In this document: positions 28,253 through 43,825 of the stretch, piece after piece
Position numbering within the stretch: position 1 is the stretch's first letter
How the letters are laid out: every line of letters starts with the position of its first letter
Source of the DNA: the human T2T-CHM13v2.0 reference genome, Homo sapiens
DNA length: 64,000 nt
Direction: 5' to 3' (one strand)
Assembly: GCF_009914755.1 (NCBI RefSeq)
Contig: NC_060934.1
The notes under the pieces: model-generated
The model's database searches: none
The model's input: the letters and a program-made list of their open reading frames with translations, nothing else
Told to the model about the DNA's origin: nothing
Made by a program: the position numbers and the translations under genes

Positions 28253-28351
28253 TTAGGTTGGTGAAAAAGTAATCATGCTTTTTGCCATTACTTTTAATGG
28301 TAAAAATGAAAAGTAATGGCAAAAACCGCCATTACTTTTGCACCAGCCTAA
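28253..28351. mobile_element. MADE1 (Hsmar1-derived MITE), expanded copy
   Basis: TTAGGTTGGTG..AAAAGTAAT and ATTACTTTTGCACCAGCCTAA terminal inverted repeats. Confidence 0.93.
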
Positions 28352-28354
28352 TAT
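28255..28354 (-). ncRNA. MIR548Q: MIR548Q precursor hairpin (mature about 28326-28347)
   Basis: Reverse complement of 28326-28347 is GCUGGUGCAAAAGUAAUGGCGG, matching miR-548q as recalled; long fold-back. Confidence 0.88.
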
Positions 28355-28749
28355 ATTCTTACGTGTGAAAGTATTTGTAGCTTCTTTCCATTAAACTCAA
28401 AAGTAGGGGGTTTTCTTCCTCAACACTAAAGGACATCAAAGTAGTAATTTTCAAGAGAGAGTAAAGTGCATTGTCAGCTCAAATATATGAATCCAAACAT
28501 GATTTCTAAAAAGATGATTTAGCCAGAAGAGTTAGTAATCTGACAAAGTTTAACAGCTTTCTTAAAAAGTCATAAGTACCCACTGGCAATGTCAATTACT
28601 ACTTTATTTTCTCAACAGTCTTCTCTCATTTCGGCATCTTGCAGGAAAGAGCAACATCATGAGGCGTGTCTACACCTGCTTCTGTGGGAGAAGGAATGCA
28701 CGGGATTCCAAAACTGGTCATGTTCGTCTAGCCAGCTACACACTACTGA

Positions 28750-29057
<308 letters not shown>

Positions 29058-29144
29058 TGGTTTTCTAGTATATAGACTATTTCTCTTTTTACTTAACCTA
29101 TAAAATAGAATTGATGACTTGGTAATGTTACAAAGGGAATACTG

Positions 29145-29510
<366 letters not shown>

Positions 29511-29599
29511 TTAGACCTAGTGCCGCAGGAGAATTAAAAGAGACATGTCTCAGAAAATAATTCTACAGAAGCCACGACCAGGACATGCCATCGTTGTTA

Positions 29600-29790
29600 T
29601 TAGTAATTATTTTTATACCTGCTGTATATAGTGCAAGGCTGTGCTCAACGCTTTATAGAATTCATTAAATTCTCACACTAGTTCCATGATGATTGAAGAA
29701 ACTGAGACTTGGAGACATGGTGACTTGCCTCAGTGACGGAGCTTGGATTTGCTCAAACGTCTTCCAGGTTCTTGAGCCCACAACCTTACC
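29600..29790 (-). mobile_element. MIR
   Basis: gaagaaactgagacttggagac..gtgacttgcc. Confidence 0.65.
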
Positions 29791-30768
29791 TACTATGACT
29801 GTGGTTTTCAAACATGGGACAGAGTTTTGAGTTCTCACTTTTGCTTCAACGGGATAGCTCATTTAAAAAATGCTTTGCACGTGTTCGTGCATCCAGGTGA
29901 GAATTCATTTGAACCCAGCCCCCTCAGGCCCCTGTGCTCCCAGCTGCCCAGGGCCATGGTGAGGAGCGGCTGTATTCAGTCAGGCCTACGGCACGCCATG
30001 CCCGTGGCCCCACACCCAGGCTCCCCTTCCGCGTTATCCTCAGCCTGCGCAGCCCAGGGCCTGTGTAGCATGCATGGCACATGTGCTGACGGAGGCTTGT
30101 GGCTCATGGGGCCCAAATAGCCAGGAGCTGGGGCTTTACGGTTTTGTAAAAACTCATCATCTGAGCAAGGGAAGCAAAACTGAGCCTCGTTTTGATGATG
30201 CTAGGCTACAACTTACAGGCTTCTGAAGACTTTTTAAAACAATCCCTTTCAAGTCCAGAAGTGTTAAGAAGGTTATGACTCAGAGACATCAAAGCAGAAT
30301 GGATTTGTGGATCTGAGGTTAAATAATCATTTAGGGCAAAGCAGGCATCACTGGTCTGTGCTTATGTAACGATATTTCTCACTAGCTTCCTTCAAGAAGC
30401 ATTTTTACTGATAGCATGTGACTGCCTAAGGAATTTGTGTTTTGACAACGTTTGCACTGTGATTGAGAATAGTGTGCACTGGGCCACGATGTTTTATGGA
30501 ACAAGCACCATTGTTGGGATGATAAAACATTCAGAGGCATAAGTTACACACAACAGACAACAGTGTCTTCTGGGCACAATCTTTCATATCATGGAGGTTC
30601 CTGGAAACACACCACAGCCTGAAACACAACTGCCAGCATCAACGCAGTGAGGTTTTTTTATTTGATTACGTACAAGGGCAGAATCTGGCGTATCACAATA
30701 TATCATAGGATGCACCTAAGAGCCAGGAAATGTTTCACATGTGTCAGGCTTCTAAATTAATCACAGCC

Positions 30769-31067
30769 TTTTTTTTTTTTTTTGAGACTGAGTCTCGCTC
30801 TGTCACCTAGGCTGGAGTACAGGGGCGCGCGATCTCAGTTTGCTGCAACCTCTGCCTCCTGGGTTCAGGCGATTCTTCTGCCTCAGCATCCTGAGTAGCT
30901 GGGAGTACAGGCATGTGCCACTATGCCCAGCTGATTTTTGTATTTTTAGTAGAGACGGGATTTCACCATGCTGGCCGGGCTGGTCTCGGACTCCTGACCT
31001 CCAATGATCCGCCCGCCTCGGCCTCCTAAAGTGTGGGGATTACAGGCGTGAGTCACAGCTCCCGGCC
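30769..31067 (-). mobile_element. AluS
   Basis: TSD ttRatYacagcc. Confidence 0.93.
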
Positions 31068-32354
31068 TTGATTACAGCCGTTTATCCTGACAAATGTGTC
31101 AAAGGCTTCCCTGTGAGTAAAACAGAGATGGTGCCTCCATAGCACTGAGTTGCAATTCCAGATTTGTCATGTGTGTTAGAGGGCTTCTGGAGTCACTGCA
31201 TTGCCCTTCTTAGTAAATGTAGCAGCTTTGCATTTTTGTTCGATTAAAGATATAAGAAGATGCTGCATGTTTTTCTAGCTACCCTCTTGGTGCTAACATC
31301 TTGCAGGGACAGCCCAGTTTGCATTGTGAGCCTTCTTGGCTGCGTGGACAGATTCTTGGGCAGCGCTAGTTACATCGGTACAAACATTCGAATTGTGTTA
31401 TAATGTTAGTCCATTAGCAGAGCCCTTAGCTGGGAGTAATTGGCCACTACAGGGCCAAAGTAACCCGTTATTGTGCACTGGCATCGAGAGCAGTGTTTTA
31501 AGTGGTCTGACGGGATCTGTGTTTAGAAACTGCAGGTTGTGAGTTACTGTGTGTGAGGTGATCCAGTATTGCACTGTTGGTGTGATAATAAGGCTGAGCC
31601 CGAGACTTGGCTTCCACATTTATCATAAGGGGATAATGGCTTTGCGCTGTGGACAGCTGCGTTAGGATGAGGCAGATCGGTTTCTCTGGCTGCCCTTTCA
31701 ATTCCACTCACCACCCTCACCCCGTATTTTTCATGCCACAGAGATGCATGCCTTGGCCGCTGAAGTCAGTGTCTGCCTGGAGACTGCTGCTGGTGTCTGG
31801 CTTTGGGAGTGCGTGTGTGTGTGTGTATGTGTGCGCACGCACACGTGCCTCTGCCGTTGCTCCCTCTTCAGGCTTGTGTCTGCCTACAGAAAAGTCTAAA
31901 AGACATTCAAGTACTGAATATGATCATTTGCAGATCACTTCTGAAATGAACGATAACTACTACTAACTCTGTAACAAGAGGGAACAAGTTAAAAAAGATG
32001 ATACTGCAATGCATGAAAAAACTGAAAAGTCAGTGAAATAGTTCTTCCTTACTAAAGTTATTAATATTTGGCGTCATGCTGTCCTTTGTGCCTTCATGTC
32101 ATCGTGGTTGGGCACCATAGAATTCCAAGAATAAAGGAGCTTTGGAGCATGGGACAGGGCAGTCCTGTGCGTGTTTTTCGTTCAGCAAATCTGGCTGAAT
32201 ATGTGCTGAGTGCCCGTGGCTGTTCTAGGTTACAAAATTCAATAAGATCTCCACCTCCATGGAGCAGGGAGAGGTAGTACCAATAAACATAATAAATAAG
32301 CAAATTCTGTAGCATGTTAGAAGATGCCGAGTACCTATAGAACAGATTAAAGTG

Positions 32355-32643
32355 GGACCGAGCACAGTGGCTCATGCCTGTAATCGCAGCACTTTGGGAG
32401 GCCAAGGTGGGAGGACTGCTTGAGGTCGGGGGTTCAAGACCAGCCTGGGTAACATAGCAAGACCTCGTCTCTACAGAATTTTTTTTTAAATTAGCCAGGT
32501 ATGGTGGTGTGCACTTGTAGTCCCAGCTACGTGGAAGGGTGAGGCGGGAGGGTCACTTGAGCCCGGGCTGCAGTGAGCTATGATGTTGCCACTGCACTCC
32601 AGCCTGGGTGACAGAATGAGACCCTGTCTCAAAAAATAATAAT
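32355..32643 (+). mobile_element. AluJ
   Basis: Dimeric Alu. Confidence 0.9.
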
Positions 32644-34963
32644 TTGTTTTTAAAAAGGATTAAGTGGTGTAGAGAGATTAAATATTCGAGGAGGAGGGAC
32701 GGTTAAACTTCAGGGAGCAGGTGACAGCTAAGCAGCCTAAAGGAGCCACATGGGTAGAGGTTGCAGATATTTTCAGGAAGAGCATTGCAGGCAGGGGGAA
32801 TGGTAAGTGAGGACACCCGAAGTGCGAGGGTGCCTGGTGTGGCCAAGGCCCAGCGGAAGGCTGGTGCAGCTAATGCTGGTGAGGTCGGGGACAAAAGACA
32901 GAAATAGGGGTTGAGATGTAACAGGAGGCCTCGTCCCATAGAGCGTTTTAGGCTCCCCAGGACTCCTGGACTTTGGGCTGACTCTGAGGAGGATGCAGAG
33001 CCGCTGGGAGATTTGGACAGAGGCGAATTGTGATCCCACTTGCGTTTGAACAGAACCACTCTGGCTGCTGTGCTATGTTGAGAATGGACAGTAGGGGGCA
33101 GTGGTGAAAGCAGGGAGAGTGTTGGGAGGCTGCGGCAGTGACCCAGTGACCGAGGGACCTAGTTAGGATGTGTTTTAGGCCAGGATGGTTGCCAGGGAGA
33201 TAGGGAGATGGGGTAGGATTCTGGATGTATCTTCAGGACCATTAGCATTCCCTGGTAGGTTGAAGATGGGCCAGTAAGGGAAACAGAGGGGTCAAAGGTG
33301 ATGCCAAGATTTTTGCCCAAAGCACCTGAAAGATGGAGTTGCCCATGACTAAGATGGGGAAGCACGGGGTCAGCACCGATTTGGGGGGAAGATCAGGATT
33401 TCATTCTTGGATGTGCTGAGTTTGAAACATCTGAGTCATATCCAAGTGAAGAGTTTGAATAGGCCGTTGGATATATTTAGGATAAAAGCCTGGGCTATAG
33501 ATACACATTGGGGGTGGAGGGGACCATTGGTGTATTGATTTGAACCTTCATCCACGAGCCAGGATGAGAGCACCAAGGTAGTGAGAGTAGACAGAGGGAA
33601 GGGCTACAGACTGAGCTCTGGGGCTGACCAACATTAAGAGCTGGGGAGAAGAGGAAGAACCCAGAAGGGAGACTGAGAAGGGGTGGCTGGTGGAATAGGC
33701 AGAAAATCAATAGCGGTACCTTGGAAGGTAAGTCGAGAAGGTGGTTTAGGGAGGAAGGAGTGGTCTCCAGGGTCCAGCCCCACTGGTAGCTCAAGTAGGA
33801 TGAGGACTGAGAACTGACTGCTTTGTTCAGCAACATAGAATCATGATACTGGTGATTCTGACAAAAACGCTGTTTGTGAAGTGCTAGGGCCAGAAGCTTG
33901 ATTGGAGCTGAATGTTCTAGAAAGTCTCCTGGGGAGAGGATTTAAATGTGAGAATGAAAGAGTATGTTTGAGACACTTTGCTGCAAAGGAGAAGAGAGAA
34001 ATAGGGCAGTCGCTGGCAGGGGAAATGAGATCAAGATAAGGTTTTGGTTTTGGTTTGGTTTGGTTTGGTTTGGTTCGTTTTAATGAGAAAAAGTACAGTG
34101 TATTTGTGTTCCAATTAAAGTGAACCAGCAGAGAGAAGGGAAGGCAGTGCTATCAAAGAAAGTGGAGAGAATTGCTCAAATCAGGTCCTTGAGCAGTGGA
34201 GCGGGAATGAGATCTAGTGTACGTGCAAGATTGGCTGTAGAAGGATCGTGCGTCCTCTATGAAGGGAGAGAATGTGGAGTAACTTGGTGCAGATGCTTCT
34301 GGTGGTGAAAGTCTGTGGGAATTCTCTTCTGATTGTTTCTATTTTCTCAGTGAAAGTGGAAGCCAAGTCATCTGCTGAGAATCTTGGGAAATAGAGATTG
34401 GAGAAGAGGAGAAGTTGTGAAATAGTTGTTGGAGAAAAGTCATGAAAGTGAGCGGACTAGAGAAATAAAAGTATCAGGGGTCAGCATGATCGGGAGTTTA
34501 AAGCAAGTCTGTACATGTTTCCACCTCATGTTCAGCTGCACTGGTGCAGGCACAGAGGAGGTAAGAGTTGGGTCTAACCAGAGCCATGGCTTTGCCAAGT
34601 AAATAAGACAGAAAGAAGAGGGACGGTGTATGGCAAGGAGCAGCAGTGATCAGCTGTGGAATCTAAGGGAGCAAGAGGGAGCAAGAGAGAGCATCGAGTT
34701 GGCAGGTAATAGTGAAAAGATGACAGATGGAAAGATGGATTGGAGGTCTCAATGGGACTGGAGGATTATCGGAATCTGGGTGTTAGAAGGAGTGGGCTGG
34801 AAAGATTGAAGGTGGAGATCAGAGAGGAGGCTGCTTGATGGTGAGATTTAGGATGGGGTTGCAGTTCCTGATAATGACGAGGTCTAGGGCATGACCACAA
34901 ACCCGAATGGACGATGGGGTAGGGAGGAGGACTGAATTGGACTCCATTCAAATACCTTAGAGA

Positions 34964-35277
<314 letters not shown>

Positions 35278-35400
35278 TCAGATATGGGCAGGGTCATCTC
35301 CATGCATGTTGAGGTTTGTAGGTATCAAGATAGGAATATGTTAGACAGTATGACAGTGAGTGAGGAGCTGAAATCATTGAAAAATAAGGGACATGATCTG

Positions 35401-35767
35401 TGTATTATTAGTCCATTTTCACGCTGCTGATAAAGACATATCCAAGACTGGGAGGAAAAAGAGGTTTAATTGGACTTACAGTTCCACATGGCTGGGGAGG
35501 CCTCAGAATCGTGGCGGGAGGCGAAAGGCACTTCTTACGTGGTGGCCGCAAGAGAAAATGAGGAGGAGGCAAAAGTGGAAACCCCTGGTAAACCCATCAG
35601 ATCTCGTGAGATTTATTCACCATCAGGAGAATAGCACAGGAAAGATGGGCCCCCATTATTCAATTACCCCCGCCCCCCCCGCCCCCTGTCCCTCCCACAA
35701 CACATGGGAATTCTGGGAAATACAATTCAAGTTGAGATTTGGGTGGGGACACAGCCAAACCCTATCA
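35401..35767 (-). mobile_element. THE1 (MaLR) solo LTR
   Basis: TG...CA ends with a perfect 5-bp TSD atctg (35396-35400, 35768-35772). Confidence 0.92.
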
Positions 35768-35889
35768 ATCTGGTTCACAGCAACAATGAGGGGCAATGGT
35801 ACTAGCATCCGATAGGATCACCTAGAGCCCATGATTACAGTGCAGGCGATGGAGCCAACAGGGCCCTCATTTGAGATCTTCCCTCCACC

Positions 35890-36050
35890 ACTTACATCTG
35901 ACAAGCCACTAACCTCCCTCCTTCTCAGTTTCCTCATCTGTTGAATGGAGACAATAGCACATGCCTCAAAGACAGAGCAGTTCTGAGGGTTAAATAAGAT
36001 AATGTACAAAAAAATGTTAAGCATGCTTCCCAGCATATAGCAATTACGAT
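35890..36050 (+). mobile_element. MIR
   Basis: ctcagtttcctcatctg core. Confidence 0.75.
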
Positions 36051-37047
36051 ACATACGATGTCACTCCCTGGTCCAAATCTTTGTGCGAGACCCTGTGCCT
36101 CCAGTCCAGAGCAAAGTGGCAGTTTACCTTTCTATTCTTATATGGCACCAGTTGTTTTCTAAATAAGGTTTATTTGCCACCTTTTCTGAGCCTTTGTTCC
36201 AAAGTAGTATGAAGGTAAATTGGAGGAGGATGAGTCATTCAGGGTGAAGCTAGACAGATATTCTAACAGCTGAGAGAGACCAAGAAGACATCTTCCTTAG
36301 TAGCAGTGAAGATGGAGTTAGAAGGAGAGAATAGTAATATTTTAAGAGAAAAATTGCAGAATTGAAAACCTGAGTTAATGTTAGGTGGGGAGTCATAAAC
36401 AATCTCCCAGGTTTCTGGCTTCGTTGACCAGGTGGATGTCATTAAAAGCACAGCAGGAAATTTTCAACACTTCCTGGCATAGAGTGGCTTCTTTAATTAA
36501 TTGAATTTCCATCAGACTAGGCAATAATCAGACCATGGGCTCATTTCATCAATCCTCAGTGTTATTCAGGATTAACCATTCCACAGCGTGTACAGCCACA
36601 GAAGAATTATATCACCAGGTAGTGTTCTAGAAACATCAGAATTAAAATGCCAGCCAGTGGCTCTTCATTCAGTAAATTTCATTTATGTTATGCCATACAC
36701 CCGAATCCAATTTGTTTTGAATGACCGGGCGTGTTAGCATTTCTTTGAGTTATTTGGCTCAAATGGTTCGATGGTTCCTGAATTGAATTTGCTTTTTTTG
36801 GCCAAAGAATTGAAAATGTTCATTGTATTGTAAATTTCAAAACCGTACATATCTATTATATATACAGTCATTGTATGTATACTCATTTTCTAAATTATTT
36901 AACCGTTCTTGAAGGACCACAGATTTCAAGTGAGATGATCACATCATAAGTGTCTCCAAGACTGTGGATGAAGCCCCCTGTGGTGGGCTAAATCCTAGAT
37001 CTCTTGTGCTTCCCCTGAGCAGTGGTTTGTGTTAAATTATAGACACA

Positions 37048-37329
37048 GGCCGGGTGCCGTGGCTCCTGCCTGTAAGCCCAGCACGTGGGGAGTCCGAGGC
37101 GCGTGGATCACTTGAGGTCAGGAGTTCGAGACCACCCTGGCCAACATGGTGAAACCCTGTCTGTACTAAAACTACAAAAAAAGTAGCCTGGTGCATGCCT
37201 GTAGTCCCAGCTACTCAAAAGGCTGAAACAGGAGAATCGCTTGAACCTGGGAGCTGGAGGTTGCAGTGAGGCCGAGATCATGCCACTGCACTCCAGCCTG
37301 GGCAACACAGCGAGACTCCATCTCAAAAA

Positions 37330-37346
<17 letters not shown>
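37048..37346 (+). mobile_element. AluS
   Basis: Full Alu; TSD tatagRcaca encloses the following STR. Confidence 0.93.
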
Positions 37347-37363
<17 letters not shown>

Positions 37364-37542
37364 TATAGATAGATAGATAGATAGATAGATACACACACAC
37401 ACACACGTATATATATATACACACACACATGTATATATATACACATATGTATATATATACACACACACATATATATACACGTATATATATACACACATAT
37501 GTATATATGTATATATATACACATATGTGTATATATATATAT
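37347..37542. repeat. Compound microsatellite (TA)n(GATA)n(CA)n plus mixed TA/CA/TG
   Basis: Direct reading. Confidence 0.95.
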
Positions 37543-38153
37543 AGGCACAAACCTCTTTGACTTGGCTGTATCCCTCTTTGACTCTGATACTAGAAAAATC
37601 CCAGAGCTGTGTTTGTGACCTGCTTCCACCAAGTCCAGACAACTTCATGGCCTGGCCTTGGGCACCAACCTCTCCCTACTCCTCATCTTAGATTTAATCC
37701 CCTCCTTAGCCCGATTTTTCTTACTTGTATCAAATTTGCTTTCTCTTTCTTTGTTGTCTGCATCCTTTCAAGCTGCCTTTCAGGCCTGCTGTTTGCAACA
37801 GAGTTGGGCAGAAAAAATAGCTCATTATTGGTGGATTTGGGCATTTGGACAGGTCTCTCCTCACACCTCCAAGAGTCGCTGCCACAGAATAAACATTCAG
37901 TAAGCATTTGTTAAAATGGTAAATACTTACTTGTTTCACATTTGTGCAGTGGAGGTGTGATTCCAAGCATTTACCTAGCCTGAAGTGCCTTAGAATAATA
38001 GAATATTAATAGTAATAATAATGGCTAGCCTTTGTCAAGTGCTTTCTCTGTGTCTGCTTTTCATAGGTCTTCCTCAGTCCCCTGATGATCTCGAGAGATA
38101 AGTGGAATAATTATGCCCGTTTTACAGATGTGAGTTTAAGAAAGGAAAGTGTC

Positions 38154-38471
<318 letters not shown>

Positions 38472-40799
38472 TCAGGGAGCAAGAAGCGGAGGGGCGAACC
38501 TTCGGTCTCTTCGCCACTGCCCTTCGATGCCGTGTCCAAGGGACAGTGATGGCAGAAACCTGGCTCTCCAAAAGGAGCTGGTCACTCTCACCTCTAGAGG
38601 TACCAACCGTCTCTCTGTACCAGACCTGATGCTGAATTGTCCTGCCATGACCTTGACTCAAGGAACAGCAGGCCGAGATACAGAGCTGGCAGCCTGGCAC
38701 GTTCTAATCCCCGAAGAGTTATGGGGTGGCACAGTCAGCATCTTTTTTTTTTTTTTAAGAAATAAGAAATTAAGAAGCTGTAACCCCTCCTTGCGCTCCA
38801 GATACTCCATTGCTGTGGGGTTGAGAGATGGCTGGCACCACACTCAGATTGCAAAGGAAAGAGAAGGATAAGCTGATTTTGATTGAAATTCCACTGTAGG
38901 CACATGGAGGAATTTGAACATAGCACTGAGCCAGTGAATACTGTGGCTCCCTCTGGTTGAGACTTGGCACTGGCTGCAAGGCCTTGCTGGCAGAGGGAGC
39001 TCATGCAGGGGACAGCCAGATCTGCAGCAGGTTTTGAAATGTGGCCTTTCTTCATCCAGAAATTTCCATGATGGCGCCAAACGGCAGGACTTCCAGAGAG
39101 CCTCTGATGGTTGCTCCAGGCAGCCTACGAGTTTCTTCCCCAGTGAGGAAGACCATGCTCACTTGCCTCCTCTCTTGCCTCCCCTCAACTTCTCCTGTTC
39201 TCTGTTATGGCGTGGCCCTGCCCATGTGTCCTGTCTCCTGCCACCACCTTCCCCTCGGCGTCCCCAAGGAGTGGTATAAGAGCAACATGTACTGCCAAGT
39301 AGCCTTGCCCCAGAGGCTCAGGTCTCTGACTGTTGACTAGATAAGCATCGTAATTGTGTTCAGCTGGATAATTCTATTCAGCGAGTTCTAGTAACAGTAA
39401 TACTGAGAATTTATTGATTTTTTTAAAGCAATTTATTTCTAGAAGTGCAAAACAAATTATAATATCCTTGAAAGTTTTCTGGCACTTCTTAAATAAGATT
39501 TGTGTTTTACAATTTTGGAAAATATTTTAATACAAAACCCAACAGAGAATACATGAAAAATGAATAAGAAATCTGGTTCATATGCTTAGGTAGAAGTGCC
39601 TGCTGTATGCATTTACTGGGATATGTTGACACGATGTGCTTCCAAACTTTTTTTCTTCCTCCTGGGATGCTTCTTTTGATGATAGCACCACCATCTCCCT
39701 GGCCGCTCTCGCCAGAGCCAGCGTGGTATTTAATTTAGTCAAGACTCCTTTGGTTGCCAGTGAGAGAAACCCATGAGGAACTGGCAGAACTCAGCATCTG
39801 TGTCAGGGACAAATAGCCCCTGCGTTTCTCTCTCCCGATCACTCTCTGGCTTTCCGGTCTTCTCCTCTCTGCCTGTTGGTTCCTCTTCTGCTCCCTTGGA
39901 GGAGCTGGACACAGCCATGAGTTGCCCCAAGATTGCTTCATTCTAGCTTAGGGACCCAAGAGAACAGCGAGCATCCGTTGACCAATCTCAATGCATGCAG
40001 CTGCAGGGGAGGGCATGAAGGTGCGTAGCCTGAGTCCCAGGGGCCAGGGGCTGGACAGACACACATTGGCCTCTCTAACACTGTCCCTGGGCCTTCCTCC
40101 CACCCTCGCCCCCATCCATCAGCTACTGCCTCTGACCTCTCACCTCTCTCTCCTCAGGGTCTTCACTTTCTTTCCCTCCCTGTTGTTCCTGTCCTGGGCT
40201 GGCCTTGACTCTCTTTCTACTGGCCAGGGGCAGCAGCCTCTTGACAGTTTCCATACCCCCATTATTTCCCCTAACCTGTGCTTCATACCAGAAGGATCAT
40301 CCTAGACAGAAATTGAACATGGGATATTTCTGCCCAAAATGCTGTGCCTCTGTCATCATTAGAATGAACTTCCTAGTCAGGCCCCTTCCTGACCACCCCA
40401 GGCTGCACTGCCCAGTGACACAGGCTGTCTCGTATTCCCCAGACCCCTGCCCTCTTTCCTCCGAGCTTTGGAGTCTGCTGTCCTCTCAACTTGCAAAGTC
40501 CCACCCCACTTTCCCCAGGTCCCAGCTGAAACCTTCCTTGGCCTCGCCTCTTACTTCTGCCTGTGACCTTACCCACTGCTCTGCCATCCCTTCCCTTTAA
40601 CACTTCTGTTCTTGGCATTGTGTATTGGAAATGTTCATTTGTATCGTTGAAAATTATCAATAATTGTGATATGACCAAATCCTAGATTCTACAGCACTTT
40701 ACTCACTTTGGGGTAAAGGGGACGTGAGCTACAAGATAAACACAAGTAAATATAAAATACTATTAAGAATGCCTGTTGTAGCACCTAAAATAAACATGA

Positions 40800-41505
40800 G
40801 TTTATTGAACTCATATTCCAGTTGTATAATATGAGACTCCTATACCATACATCAAAATAAATTCTAGATGGATTAAAGAATAACTAGTCATAAATTCACA
40901 AAATGTATAATAAGGTAATAAAATCTTAAAATAATATACTCAGTGTAAAATCAAAATTTAAATCACAAGGTCTTTGGGAAGAAATATTTGTAAGATCTTT
41001 GAAACGAAGACTCTTCCTCAAGACAATAAATAGTGAAGGAATGTGTGGAGAAATCTAATTACCCAATAAAATGAAAAGCATCTGTAGGTGACAATGTGTG
41101 GAAAATATAATTAAAAGATAAATGTCAAACTATGAAAAATATTTCAGAAATTATGATAGACCCCAGGATTAATATCCTTATACCTTAGTAAGAGCTCATA
41201 AGAATTTCTGTCAATAAGAGGACATTTTAACCTTGTGTAACTAGTGAACAAGAGATGCAAAGAGTCACATAGATTAATCAGAAATGAAGACTAAAATAAA
41301 GCGAATGGATTCTCTGTTAGACTGTTGGTGGGAGTGAAGGACACGTGAGCTCTTTCCTGTCGTCGTTTGTCCAGTGCTAGAATTCTTTTTCTAGGAATGG
41401 CATCATCCAAAATGTAAACAAAGATATTTATGCCAACTTGATCTGTTCATTTTTATTTATAATAACAGAAATATCCACAGGGAATATATCATTAAAAATA
41501 AATTA
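40800..41505 (+). mobile_element. Old L1M ORF2 fragment
   Basis: aaaataaattctagatggattaaaga; ggattaatatcc; ctgttggtgggagtg. Confidence 0.6.
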
Positions 41506-41509
41506 TTCT

Positions 41510-41850
<341 letters not shown>

Positions 41851-41920
41851 TCAAAATTACCTTATGAGGTATGTGTGAATGTTGGGAAACATTTGTAATA
41901 TAACATTCATTGAAAAGTTT

Positions 41921-42209
41921 GGCTGGGTGCAGTGATTCACGCCTGCAATCCCAGCACTTTGGAAGATGGTGGATCGCTTGAGCCGAGAAGTTTGAGACCA
42001 GGTTGGACAACATGGGGAAACCTCGTTTCTGCAAAAAATAGAAATATTAGCCAGGCGTGGTGGTGTGTACTTGTGGTCTCAGCTACTCAGGAGGTTGAGG
42101 CAGGAGGATCGCTTAAGCCCAGAAGGCGGAGATTGCAGTGAGCCATGATTGCGCCCCTGCACTCCATCCTGGGCAACAGAGAGAAACCCTGTCTCAGAAA
42201 AAGAAAAAA
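41921..42209 (+). mobile_element. AluJ
   Basis: Dimeric Alu. Confidence 0.9.
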
Positions 42210-42250
42210 GGTTAATACAAAATGAGATAGATACGTTCCCCTCTCCCCCC

Positions 42251-42547
42251 GAGACAGAGTCTTGCTCTGTTGCTCAGGCTGTGGAGCACAGTTGCGCCAT
42301 CTTGGCTCACTATAACCTCCGCCTCTCGGGTTTAAGCAGTTTTCCTGCCTCAGCCTCCGGAGTAGCTGGGATTACAGGTGCATGCCACCACACCCGGCTA
42401 ATTTTTTTTTTTTTTTTTTTTGTATTTTCAGTAGAGACGGTGTTTCACCATGTTGGCCAGGCTGGTCTCGAACTCCTGACCTCGTGATCCACCCGCCTCG
42501 GCCTCCCAAAATGCTGGGATTACATGAGTGAGCCACCGCACCCGGCT
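42251..42547 (-). mobile_element. AluS lacking a poly-A tail
   Basis: Tail position reads ccctctcccccc. Confidence 0.92.
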
Positions 42548-43103
42548 GAGATATATGCTTTGATCTCAATACAACTTAGAAAAAAAAGATTGAGAGGATA
42601 AAGGTAAAATATTAATTCTGGGTGCCCTTTGGTGGTGGAGTTTGGGATGACATTTTAGTTTCGTGTACTTTGTATACATTCCATATTGTTTGTACTGAGC
42701 ATGTACTACTTGTAATCAGAAATTTCAAAAGACCCCTAATTGTATGGTGCTCTCTCGGTCTTGGTTCGTTACAGCTCAGCTACCGACCCATCGAATCATT
42801 TTTCCTTCCTGTAACCTGGTTGCCTTATTCTTAAAATAAGACCAACAATAGCTTTCCTGTGAGAAGAAAGTGGAATTTGTACAGTTGCACAAATATTTTT
42901 GAAAAGTCAAAGATTTACTGTAGTAATGAATTGGACGATGGTATTACTTATGCCAAATATATTTCCTACCTTGTAAAAATAGTATCTGAGGTAGGAACCG
43001 AGTAGTTCCTGTGTGCTGTTTCATCCCGTCATCTGGGATATTATTTCTCCACCTTCCTTCTGTGAATCTTTCTGTCTGTGCTCAGCTTTTTCCTGGGGCC
43101 TCA

Positions 43104-43825
<722 letters not shown>

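Noticed and set aside
30250-30720. Unique-looking segment considered as a pseudogene or ancient element
   Set aside because: No ORF or motif I can recognise; a BLAST/Dfam search would be needed.
37108-37648. ORFs rich in Y/I/C/V repeats
   Set aside because: Translation of a microsatellite plus an Alu.
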